Part shown: piece after piece, positions 1-11,899 of the stretch
How the letters are laid out: each line of letters opens with the position of its first letter
Numbering within the stretch: the stretch's first letter is position 1
Assembly: GCF_002571385.2 (NCBI RefSeq)
Contig: NW_019217845.1
Coordinates: 227,452-291,451, forward strand
Direction of reading: 5' to 3'
Origin: Stylophora pistillata
Lineage: Eukaryota
Length of the DNA stretch: 64,000 bases
Notes under the pieces: model-generated
What the model saw: the letters and a program-made list of their open reading frames with translations, nothing else
Told to the model about the DNA's origin: nothing
Database searches by the model: none
Made by a program: the position numbers and the translations under genes

Positions 1-1995
1 AAAAAAATTCAAGAGGATTAATCCCGCTTTTGTTAAAAGACTAACAATAAAATGGTATTTAAAGTTTCATTTCAACAAGCAGGCATGCTGAGCGAACTCA
101 TTTTTCAAAACAGTCTATGAAATATTTATTTAGGGGTTCAACGAGTACGTGATGTAAACAGAAAACGCTTAGCAATGCAAAACATTTTAAGATCCTGCTT
201 CCGGAAACTCCATAAACCCCTTCAGTCTCTTCAGAGTGAGAAAGAAAGTGAGGCGACCCAATATTTTTTTGAACACGTTCATAGGAATTGTTTTCCGGAC
301 GAACAGGAAACCGCAACAGTTGCTCAATATGATAGTGAAAAAAGGATGAAAGAAACAGAATTACGAAAAAAAATAAACAGTCGTTAGTCTATCAAGGATT
401 TATTTCGCCTTTTTCTCTGGTTAAAAGTAAGCATAGTAAATGAAATAAAGTAGCGTCAAATTAATTTTAGGCTGATTAAAAGGTTGATGAAATCGGTTTT
501 ATACCTCAGGCTTGAACAGGTGGTTTCCCTAAAAAAAAAAAGCAACTTCCGCTGTCGGGTAACAAGTGCGCTGATGTCAGCTAGTGGGCTATGACTTCCG
601 GTCGGTGGTATATTTTTCTTTTTCCTAAGGTGGTATATTTTTCTTTGTTTCAAGCCGTAAGAGTTTGTTTGACTTCCCGAATAGAATGGACTTCATTTCT
701 GACTTTCGATAGGATTTGTAGCTCTGGCTAAAACACCCCAAAGATATCATTTAAATAGTATAACCATAGTAGTGCGTGAGATCTCCGCTGAAAGCCAATA
801 CTATGCAAATGCAAGGAAACTGTACATTTGACTATGTATGGAAATCGATGCGTTTCAACACCTTTTCCCTCAGGATATTATATTCGACTCGGCAAAAAGT
901 TGCCGGAAAACTTTTGTCCGGAACTTATCCTTCCATTACGGTTCACTGCCTGTCTTGAATGGAATTGATCTTGAGGTCAAGACAAAAATCACTTAGATAG
1001 TGGACCTACTCACGTACTTTGCAGTCCCTTCACCCGTAAAAACGAAACATCAGTGCGACCCTCCCCTCCCTACTTCATCTTTGCGATGAAAAACCCATGA
1101 AGCTGTCACAGCCTTATTAGTTCAAATAATTGATGGAAAGATTCGTTCTTTTTTCCCCCTCCTTTTTCAAACTATCTTATGGTCATCATTTGAGATTGAA
1201 TTCAAATTTCTTTAGACGACATAGACAGAGAAAACGCTTTTTTGTTTAAAATTGTGACACACCTCAGTAACTGACCTTGATATAGCAAATCTTAATATTT
1301 TCTACAGTTACGTTTTCACTTTAGTTGCATAGATATATCTTTTTTAAGATAATATTTTGTCTAGATATAGACTTGCGTTGAGTATGATGAAACTGTTTTG
1401 AACATCAAAGAAAAAACAATTAATAATATTGACAGTAACTATAAATAATTGTCCTCAACCGTACTTTTTTAGTGGCTTAACAGACTAAATGAGCGGCTCA
1501 CAATACATTATGTGATTTTTCACATATTTTAGATTTCAAACTTAAAAAAAAGAACAACATAGGCTTCAGCAACACCACATCTTAACAAGTTGTAATTTGG
1601 TTTTATTTCATAAGCAACAAACTTGTGGTCCCTTTCCCCTCTTATGATCTTCAGAATTCTTTTAAAAATGGTTTAATGACAATCTTTTGATTTTAAAAGG
1701 TGTTATTTTACAGACGCTATGGTCGTCAGACCATCCCTTCTCACATCCCTTGGGGGCCAATTTGTAACCTTTACTCTACTCAACATAAAAGTTTCTAAGA
1801 TAGCAATTTTTGAAATGAAAGATAAAAAAAAAAAAAAAAGAGAGAGAGAAAAAAAACCGGCACAGAATATTCACTTATCCATTTCCCCACGAAATAACAC
1901 AATATTACCGATTACCATTATCTTAAAGTTGCCACCAAGCTACGATCTATTTATAATTATTAAAAACTGGATCATTAGATAATGCAATTGAAGAC

Positions 1996-2054
<59 letters not shown>

Positions 2055-2134
2055 AAGCGTAAGCGTCAGCTTAAAATTAAAAGGAAGCTAAAAATTTAAT
2101 AAAATTTAATAATTTAATTTAACGTTTTAAATAA

Positions 2135-2249
2135 AACAATTATTCCACGAGCGCTTGTTGGATATGAGATGATTATAGCCAACTAGGCGCTACGCGCCTC
2201 GTTGGCTATAATCATCTCATATCCAACAAGCGCTCGTGGAATAATTGTC
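2135..2249. mobile_element. Palindromic non-autonomous element (Crypton-like hairpin type)
   Basis: Arms acaattattccacgagcgcttgttggatatgagatgattatagccaac and its reverse complement around a gcgctacgcgcc core. Confidence 0.6.
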
Positions 2250-3777
2250 AAATATAACGCCTTAGCCCCCTCGAAAGTTTGGGGTGCTAATTGAAGAACT
2301 AGATTATCGCGATATATTGCAACTCTGAACTGAACTGGAGATATATAAGGTCCTATTTATTATATTTATTGTAAGGTCCTATTTATTATCCTGTAATCAT
2401 TCCCTCTTCCCCACCTCTCTGCGTCTTTCTTACAACTTTCTTGTGATGAAAGAAAACAAAAGAAAAAAAAAGGAAGATAAAAGTTAATTCGATTATAGTA
2501 CTTACTGAAACGCGGACGGCTGTGGGGGATTTTCTGAAAAGTTTCTACGGTTACCCAACAGCTTTGTCAACCAACTAATAGGTTTAAGACAAAACTCATG
2601 TTCTAGCTATCTTCCACTTAAATTTGATTTCGATCGAAGTCAACCAACTGATTAAGCCGGTTGGAATATTATGCAGTAAGTGGATTGAATTCATAAAATA
2701 GTTAAAAAAACGTGACTTTGTGTATTGCGTTGTGATCATTCTTCCTTCGAATGCACAGCATAATAAATTTTCATTCTTTGGAAATGAAGTCATCTATATA
2801 TTTTGGAAATGATCAATATATACGATCACGTTTTTCCTCTAACGATACAAAGAAGCCGATAGATATGCAAGGAATCGATATCTTGAGTGGCAGTTCGCGA
2901 TGAAAAATAAGCTCTAGATCTAATAGGGTCAGCCTTTAACAACTTCTGCTTTACTGTTTCGTTTACCTAACAATCGCCAATTTTTTTGCTCGCCACCATT
3001 GAAAAAGAACGGACTAACAACAGTCAATAAAATTTGAAGACAGTCAACCGCAAAGTGATAATCTAATGTGCAAGTAAGCGTTGTTGTAAGACTTAAAAAC
3101 CAATAAGAGGAAATTTTATTACTGTACCACTTGTCTCCTCAAAACTACCACATTATTTCATCGTACTTTCAACATTTTTTTTCTGAAAATACCAAGCAGC
3201 GAGAAAATCACGAGGGAGTTTTATCAAGTATAGCTGATTTTATTTCAACGCTTTCCGGGAACAAATTTATGCGGCTTGAGAAGACTTAGAATTCCAACCA
3301 AAAGCTAATCTTTGCGATTTTCTGTTAAAGCGACAGAAAGTCAAGCATATGTTCAAATTTTCCATCTTGGCCATGAATCGTACTGGACGGGAGCTATTGC
3401 TGTAGATGATTCGTAGATTGATATTTCGAGTAAGTTCAAATAAGGTCAGGCACTCAAATCGCCTGTAAAGTTTCCATTTTCTAATTTTTTTTGCGATATT
3501 TCGTTGTGCAAAAATTTCTTTTTATGTAACTCTACCAGTGGATCAATGGCAATCCGCCTGCAACTTAAAAAAAGTTAAAACGCACAAAATGTTATCGTTT
3601 AATACAAGGTAGATCCTACTGAAGATAAGATTGATACAGAACGGAATAGGGAACTTTTCGTTACTGAATCGCCTCATACATCGCAACATTATAGTGCAAA
3701 CTCTCCCGACAAAGTTTCGTGACGAGACTAATTAAAAACGGCTGCGAGGGAGACTAGTTGGTGTCCGAGGATGAGGT

Positions 3778-3850
3778 AGTCTCCTTTGCAGCCGCTCGGG
3801 CAGGAGTCACGCAGTTGCGTGACTCCGGCCCGAGCAGCTGCGAAGGAGAC
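3778..3850. mobile_element. Short palindromic MITE
   Basis: gtctcctttgcagccgctcggg...cccgagcagctgcgaaggagac inverted arms; a related terminus (aaaacggctgcgagggagacta) lies just upstream. Confidence 0.5.
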
Positions 3851-4188
3851 AAAGGATGAGGCGGGTTGATCCTCCAACACCACATTACAATTACACAACT
3901 ATTTACTATGCAGTTATGTCAGCGGTCTTCACTTTAAAAGAAAAACAAACTACTACCATGAAAATATTGAATCTACGAAATATCTATTAAGGATGTGGAA
4001 AGCAGCTGAAATCATTTATTGGAATGTTTGACATACTTGAAGGTAAGAGGAGTCTACGATAAACATCCATGTAGCTACTGCGAATTCATGTACCTTACTT
4101 CCGGTTTTCGCTAGAAAGGAACTTTGTTATAAATAACAGATTCATTTGCAATTTAGAACAAAGGCCGGCTGGTGTGTTGCACAAAGAC

Positions 4189-7100
4189 ATGGATGAAGGG
4201 TTTTTAAGCTATCGTTATCAGGTAAGTTCAGCAATTAGCTGACAAATATTTATCGAACGTGTAGCGAATTAAATTAAGCCAGGTAAAAGCATATGGTGAA
4301 TTAGATGTTTTGCACTTCCTTCTACCAATTTTAACCGACATGGGGGAATTGGAACTCGGTGGAGGTAGACTTAAGAAAGAGTTGGTAGGTTTTGCTACGG
4401 TAATAGAACAAGAGAAGGCACTAGAGTCCGTTTAGAGTGATTTTAACCTGTACAAAACTGTTTCAAGTGTCAAGTTGGAACGTTGCTTGTGGAAACTGCT
4501 GTGAGAGAAACATTCATGTTTTGACACATCATAAGCTTATAAAACAGGCTTAATTAAAGCTTGTAATTTGGATATATCAACAAAGTTGAAATGGTAAATT
4601 GGCCACCGTAATGATTACAAAAGCTGACGTTTCGAGCGTTAGCCCTTCGTCGGAGCGAATAGAGGAATTGTGGGTTGTGTGTGCTTTTAAAGGCAGAAAA
4701 TGGAGCTACGTTATTGGTGGGTGCATGGCAACGAGAAAAACATGAATAAATTAGTGGAATGAAAAGCGTTCATTGATCCCTGTGGGATTCCGCTTTTCAT
4801 TCCACTAATTTATTCATGTTTTTCTCGTTGCCATGCACCCACCAATAACGTAGCTCCATTTTCTGCCTTTAAAAGCACACACAACCCACAATTCCTCTAT
4901 TCGCTCCGACGAAGGGCTAACGCTCGAAACGTCAGCTTTTGTAATCATTACGGTGGCCAATTTACCATTTCAACTTTGTTGATATATCCAAATTATTTCG
5001 TTACTCCCACCGACGCAGCCCCAAACAGTTTCTTTCGAAACTATCAGCCTTTATTAATTAAAGGTTGACTCTGAACATGAGAATGTGCCCCACTGCAGAA
5101 ACCGCGGATGAAGTAAAAGCTTTTACACTTTGGTTAAATCTTATAAATATAGATAATAATTATCATTTGTCAATTGGCGTTTACAGTGGATTGTTCAGAT
5201 GTGTCTTTTCAGAAAGGCATGACATGACAAGATTTCTACAGAGTGGATGAGAATGTGCCCCACTGCAGAAACAATGCGTGTTGTGAACGTTTTACACTTG
5301 CTGATGTCGGATTACATGCACGCATATATATCTAATCATTATTATATGTCAATTGAAGGTTGCAGTTAATTTCTATGAAAACTGTCTTAACTTCCACGAA
5401 AACCGAATGAGAATGTGCCCCTACTGCGGAATTAATGCATGTATTAAAAGTTTCCACACTTTGGTTTATACTTGTTGACGTAGGCATATATTTATATGCA
5501 AAACAACTTTTAATCATGATGGAGTTAAATTTCAGTCGATGGTTATGGTGAATTCTTTAGATGTGCCTTTTTTTAGAAAGTCATGACATGACATGAGTGT
5601 CTCATTTTATGCAAAAAGATTTACTTTTTTAGCAGTTTGATATGTGCTGTGTTTCATGTATTAGAAACAAACAAATTCCTCTGTTTGCTGTATTAATAAA
5701 GTTATTTACATAAAAAGTGGCCTTTCTTGAGCACAAAGAGCAATCAATTCTGTATTTAAATAATTATAAGTAATTGTGATAATTAACTTTGAGGGTAGCA
5801 AGGGGAGGTGGGGGTCCTGATTCAATTTTGAGCAGAAATTTTTAGAAAAATTTATGGTTGACCTGTTCTGCCAACAGTATATCACAGGACAAAAATTCAA
5901 AAGAGAATTTTTCTAATCTCACCTTGCCTTGCCTTTCTGTAAAATTCACACTTCATATGCGAGGCTCTGCTCTAAAGAACATTGAATGGAGCCCAGAAAC
6001 TGTGAAAAACTAAAATCAGCAAGTCACCCAAGAGCAAGTAAGGCACCAGGGGCCACCAGGCACTGCCAGATTGACCACAGCCTTGATATATTAATTTTGA
6101 ACTTAATCAGGAGCCACTCATAAACCCTATGCCACCCTCTAACACGATTAATGATTACCAAACAGCAAACTCTTTCATAGGATGCAGCAATATATCTCCA
6201 GGAGGGAAAGAACAATGACCGCTTTGCCACCCATCCCACCCCTCAAACAATGCGATGGTACCTTCTAGCACATTCCAGGTATTACTATGTTTTGGAGCTG
6301 ATGGCTGCATTGTTTCTTCTTGCCTTGGGACTAACTGAAAAACCACCAGCAGGAGCATCGACAGACGTCAATCGTTTGACTCTTCCAGTTTATGTAAGTG
6401 TATACTTAGTGCATAGGCTGAGGTGTCAGGGGAGAATTTGAAAAACAGAGCAGGGGTGGGGTGGGGCAAGGGAGGGAAAGGGGGTCAAGTAAAGTCCTAC
6501 AGCATATGACTTTAAAAAGTAGGAATAAAGGGAAAAAGTTTCAAAGGAAACTGTGTCCCAGCATTGGTGGGGGATTAGACAAGATTAAATTTAGTTTTAT
6601 CAAATGAGTTAATAATGTGGATTGACCACTGTAAAGAGCTTCTAAAGCTAACATTTCAAGCGTTAGCCCTTCATCAGAGCAAAAGTATGATNNNNNNNNN
6701 NNNNNNNNNNNNNNNNNNNNNNNNNNNNNNNNNNNNNNNNNNNNNNNNNNNNNNNNNNNNNNNNNNNNNNNNNNNNNNNNNNNNNNNNNNNNNNNNNNNN
6801 NNNNNNNNNNNNNNNNNNNNNNNNNNNNNNNNNNNNNNNNNNNNNNNNNNNNNNNNNNNNNNNNNNNNNNNNNNNNNNNNNNNNNNNNNNNNNNNNNNNN
6901 NNNNNNNNNNNNNNNNNNNNNNNNNNNNNNNNNNNNNNNNNNNNNNNNNNNNNNNNNNNNNNNNNNNNNNNNNNNNNNNNNNNNNNNNNNNNNNNNNNNN
7001 NNNNNNNNNNNNNNNNNNNNNNNNNNNNNNNNNNNNNNNNNNNNNNNNNNNNNNNNNNNNNNNNNNNNNNNNNNNNNNNNNNNNNNNNNNNNNNNNNNNN

Positions 7101-10100
7101 NNNNNNNNNNNNNNNNNNNNNNNNNNNNNNNNNNNNNNNNNNNNNNNNNNNNNNNNNNNNNNNNNNNNNNNNNNNNNNNNNNNNNNNNNNNNNNNNNNNN
7201 NNNNNNNNNNNNNNNNNNNNNNNNNNNNNNNNNNNNNNNNNNNNNNNNNNNNNNNNNNNNNNNNNNNNNNNNNNNNNNNNNNNNNNNNNNNNNNNNNNNN
7301 NNNNNNNNNNNNNNNNNNNNNNNNNNNNNNTCCTATATTTTGTAACTACATATTTTGCACTCATTTTTCTTAAGAAAATCATGTTTTACAGCAATGGCAA
7401 TCTGGTTTTTCTTCGATTATGATTACAGTAAATAATTTCAGTGTACCTGTAATGTACTATATGATTTTAGAAAATAAGAACCTATTTTAATTTTCTTAGG
7501 CTAAATAGGTTCTTGTTTATAGGGGGTATAAATGGCAAATTTTTAGGCTAATAGGTTCTTAATTTTTAGGTTCTTACTTGCAGGTTTTTACTATAGTGTC
7601 TCGAAGCCAAGAGAAGATTCCTGTTTTCCACTTAAAACACTTTATTGGTCTGTGACCTAACTTTACAGTGGTATCTTAAACTTTTGAAAACCTGACTAAA
7701 TCTTACGATCTCGAACCTCATTATAGCAGTTGATTACGTCATACCTATTTTAGCAGTAAGAAAATTCTACAAAAGTAGATGCTAACGATGAGATATCCTT
7801 AAAATAACCCAACAGAATGTTCTGGAATAAGGAGAAGTTTCTAGCACAGCTTATAAACATCGTGATGTGGTAATCCAATGTTATAAATTGTTCTCTTGAT
7901 TTCTGGAAACTTTGTCACACATAGAAACTTATAAAGAGAAAATATGAAGATGAATATCTTACCCAGCCAATTTTATACCAGAAAGTGTGCCCTGACTTGA
8001 GGGCAACTACAGCTCTCCCCTCTCCCCTGGCCTTCCCCCTCTCCTTTACAGCTTGAATTACACTTAGTGATTATGGTGCATTAGTATTTTTAAATAAATG
8101 CAAAATTAGTAAACTTTAAGTTGTCTTGTAACATAATGTCCTAATGTACAGAAGAGCATTACTGAACAATAAAGAGTGCTTATTACTTTCCATGGGTAAT
8201 TGATAGATGAGGTAAATATTTTTTGTTATTATTTACAATAATGAGCTTTCAATAATGTTTACTAGGTTCATGCAACCCTGGAAGTCCTCTCACTAATAAT
8301 TATCTTTGCTGGACTTGCTGTAAAACTGAAATGGCAGGGAGGAAAACTTTTCTTCACCCATAAGAGAACATCTCTCAAGGTAAAATACAGTCATGCGTTA
8401 CTTTCAAAATTAATTAATTGGTATAAGCAGTCATTTTCCATCACAGAAGGTAGATAGAGGGTGTTTCAATTTAAAATATTAAAAAACAATACCAAACTAA
8501 TTACAGCAGGCGGTCAGAAAAATGGAAAAAATTACCAGAAGCCAATCAGAACTTGAATTAAGAACAAACAAAATTCTCGGAGGATGGAAGTATAAAATTG
8601 CAATTGGTTGAAGTTTTACATCTAGTCGACTGAGAAATTTTCTGTTCCAATCAATGCTTGATTAAAAATCTCTTTATCTGGACAAACTGGGTGTGGATGT
8701 TTAGCAAGAGAGTAGCACCATCACATAATTAGTGACAAGAGATTTGAGACTCAATACAACTTGGATGCTCTTTTTCAAAGGGATTCTTACTATCTAGAAC
8801 TCCCTTAAACCATTATAGATCATTGTTCATCTGGCTTATGCTTTTTTGCTTTCTAAAATACCAATCCAGTTAACATGTTTACTCAATTCAAATGTTTCAC
8901 TTACCATCAGGTTATTATCTGGTGTGTGGTATTTGTAGAAGCCATTGTGGTGCTGGTGAGAAGGGAGAATCATTTCCGAGTGACAAGGTCTCTAAGACCA
9001 CTCTTTCTCATTGACACACATTACTGTTATGGGGTGAGAAGGTGAGTCTCAATCTTTATGATAAGATTGTTACTGTACAGTAACTGTGGTTTGTTTTGAT
9101 AAAGTTATTGTTTATTGCTCTTACCTCAGAATTATCAATTGTGTTAAAAAATTGGTGATTGAGAATTAATCCACCAAATTCCATATCTATGGTGAAAAGC
9201 TACCAATCTCAAGGGTAGATGTCAGGGGAGGGATCAGTTTTGGTGTTCACTAGCTGTTTCAGGGCTATCGACCAGGCTACTTCTGGGATCATCCTATAGA
9301 GATTACCACTCTCTTTTCTCTGTTACCCCTGTTTGGGAGTAGTGACATATCCTGATGACATAACCAAAAGACATTGGCCTCGTGTCCAAGGAACTTTTGG
9401 AAAGTTCTTATTAAATAAAGGTCAGATGAGGGTGTATGATAGAGCGTTGCGTTGGTAATCTTAACAGCACTAATTGAATAATGATGAAGATGATGATAGA
9501 GGCCAAGAGTAGTGTGTGATTCCCCCCCCTCCCTCACACACACACACACACGCACGCCTTGGCAGAGTGCTTCTATCAATTCAAGACAATGGCAGGTCCA
9601 TAGCTTTTCTGACTTTGCTTCCAAATATAAGAATGAGATTCAGTATTTTTGCTTTTAAATTTCAGGGTTCTCAGACAAATTTTACTTTCACTTCCCCCAA
9701 TCCTGGACATGCTTTTTTTGTTGTTGTTTGTCATGGTAATCTTTGCTATGTTAGGTAAGAAATACAAAAAACTTAATCAAAGTGTGTGCTTTAGAAATCT
9801 TATTTTAGCTTTTATCTCATTCAATAAAGGTATTTGATAAAGAGATTTTACTTGTTTGATTATACCAATTTTTTTAGATCTACTGTAGAAGAATAGCCAG
9901 ACCTTTCTTACAGGTTGTGTACAAATGATTGGTGCATTTGTCATAGCTGAACTACTAAATTGCAGAATTAGTATTCAAATTAGAGCACCTGTAGTTAAAC
10001 CTTTTACACTTGTGAAGAGTAGCTTAAAAAAATGTCTGGTTCCTCCTTGGAATTGTAAAACTTTATAATTTCTAAAATTCCATCAAATACTAAAGGAAAA

Positions 10101-11861
10101 TTCATTACCTGACAAGGGAATTCTACTTTAAAATGCACATGGAAACCGACATTGCATATATTGTGAATTGATGATTGTAGTGTCGGTTTTAAGTCAGATA
10201 ATGGATTTTCCTTAAATCACATATTTGAATAAAAATAAGAAAAAATGGAAAACAGCAGTAATATTGCCTGTTTTTATCCTGAGTGCAAAACAAGAGATGC
10301 AGAGCAATATCAGTACATAGCCATGCATTCAACTCACAATTCCACCCAAAATACCTTGCTTTGTCAACCAATCAGAATATCTTTTAGAGGTGGCGAGACA
10401 TATTAGCTCAGATCTTGAATTCAATTTATTAAGGAATGTTTCACTCCAAGTCTCTCTATTTCTCACAGGGTTTTATCTGTTTTCTGACAATGAAAAAGAT
10501 GAGGTAATTTTATTTTGTATTAGCAAAGATTTACTAATATATAGACAGGTAAAAACGAGCGATATAATATCCCGACGTTTCGGCGACTTCATGACGCCTT
10601 TATTTTATTTTGTTACTACAAAAACTTATTGAACATGTTGATATACTTGATAGATCAAGCTTCTTTCACTATTATTACTCCCAGGTCACATGCTAGCGGA
10701 TTATTTAATTTAGGAAAACTTAATCACTAATTATCTCTTTTTTGCAAAATTAGTCTTTCAGAAGCTTCTGGAGAAGTTTTATCAGCTTATTTGTGTTACT
10801 TACAACAGCAAAGTAGGTGAACTTAATGTTATTCATGTGTTAAGAGAGAATGACTTTAGTTCCTTGAAATATTCTCACTCTCATTAATTACACTAAATTT
10901 ATGAATTCTATTCTACAGTTATCCTGATGTGATGATGCCAGCATATAACAGATCCCGATGGTCTGTTATCTTCTTTGTTATATACATTGCAGTTGTTCTT
11001 TACTTCCTCATGAATCTGGTAAGGTTTCAAAAGACTGCAATACATATAAATTGTAGCACAGACATACATCAAATTGTTGTTGATACATATCTCCACAGGC
11101 CTCAACCAATCTGTCAATTGTATATTAATTGCCTCTCAGTTGTCTTTACTTGTTCCTATTAAACCTTTAACCTCTAAGACTAGGATCTAATTTCTCCATA
11201 CAATATCACCCCAGTCTGAGTCAAATTGAGGTCATTAGAATAAAGGAAATGATTGTGAGTTCAGGAAGCTCTTGACTATTAAGTAAACTATCCTTTTAAC
11301 CACCATTAGAAACATGTAGAGAACAGTATGGAGAACTATGGAAAGGGGTAACCCTTTCACCCCCAGAAGTAACCAATCAAATTGATTTTTCCTAAGAAAT
11401 ATCTTTATAGTGTCAAACAGGCAGGAAATAAGAGTAAAAATTACAGAAAAATATTGATTAGGGGATGTCTTTTCATTTTACCAGCCAGACCATAAATCAT
11501 TCATTTCTTTTTCATAACAAAAAGTTTTGTACCGGTAATTTTTTCTCTTTTTAATTTTAGCCCTAACCAATTTTATTCTAAGTAGCCCATGATAGTAATA
11601 TAATGCTTTCTGCCTTTGACATTGCAGCTTTTGGCTGTGGTGTATGACACCTTCACAAACATTGAAAAGAATAAGTTTAGAAAACTCTTTCTTCATAAAA
11701 GGTAAGAAATTCTGTAAAAAAAATCTGTTGAATTCAGCCCAGTGTACGTAGCTAGATGGACTTAATGATCTGAACTCAATCCCATTCACAAGATGATAAG
11801 TTATCTCACACTGTAGAGCCCTGAACTGCAGTGCAGGAGGTCAAGGGTTCAAGCCACAGAG

Positions 11862-11899
<38 letters not shown>

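Noticed and set aside
5077-5600. CRISPR-like array
   Set aside because: Eukaryotic intron; inter-repeat segments are ~140 bp and mutually homologous; no cas genes.
6615-7382. Long ORFs containing X runs (also 14478-15070, 58418-58847, 59798-60190)
   Set aside because: Artefacts of N-gaps.
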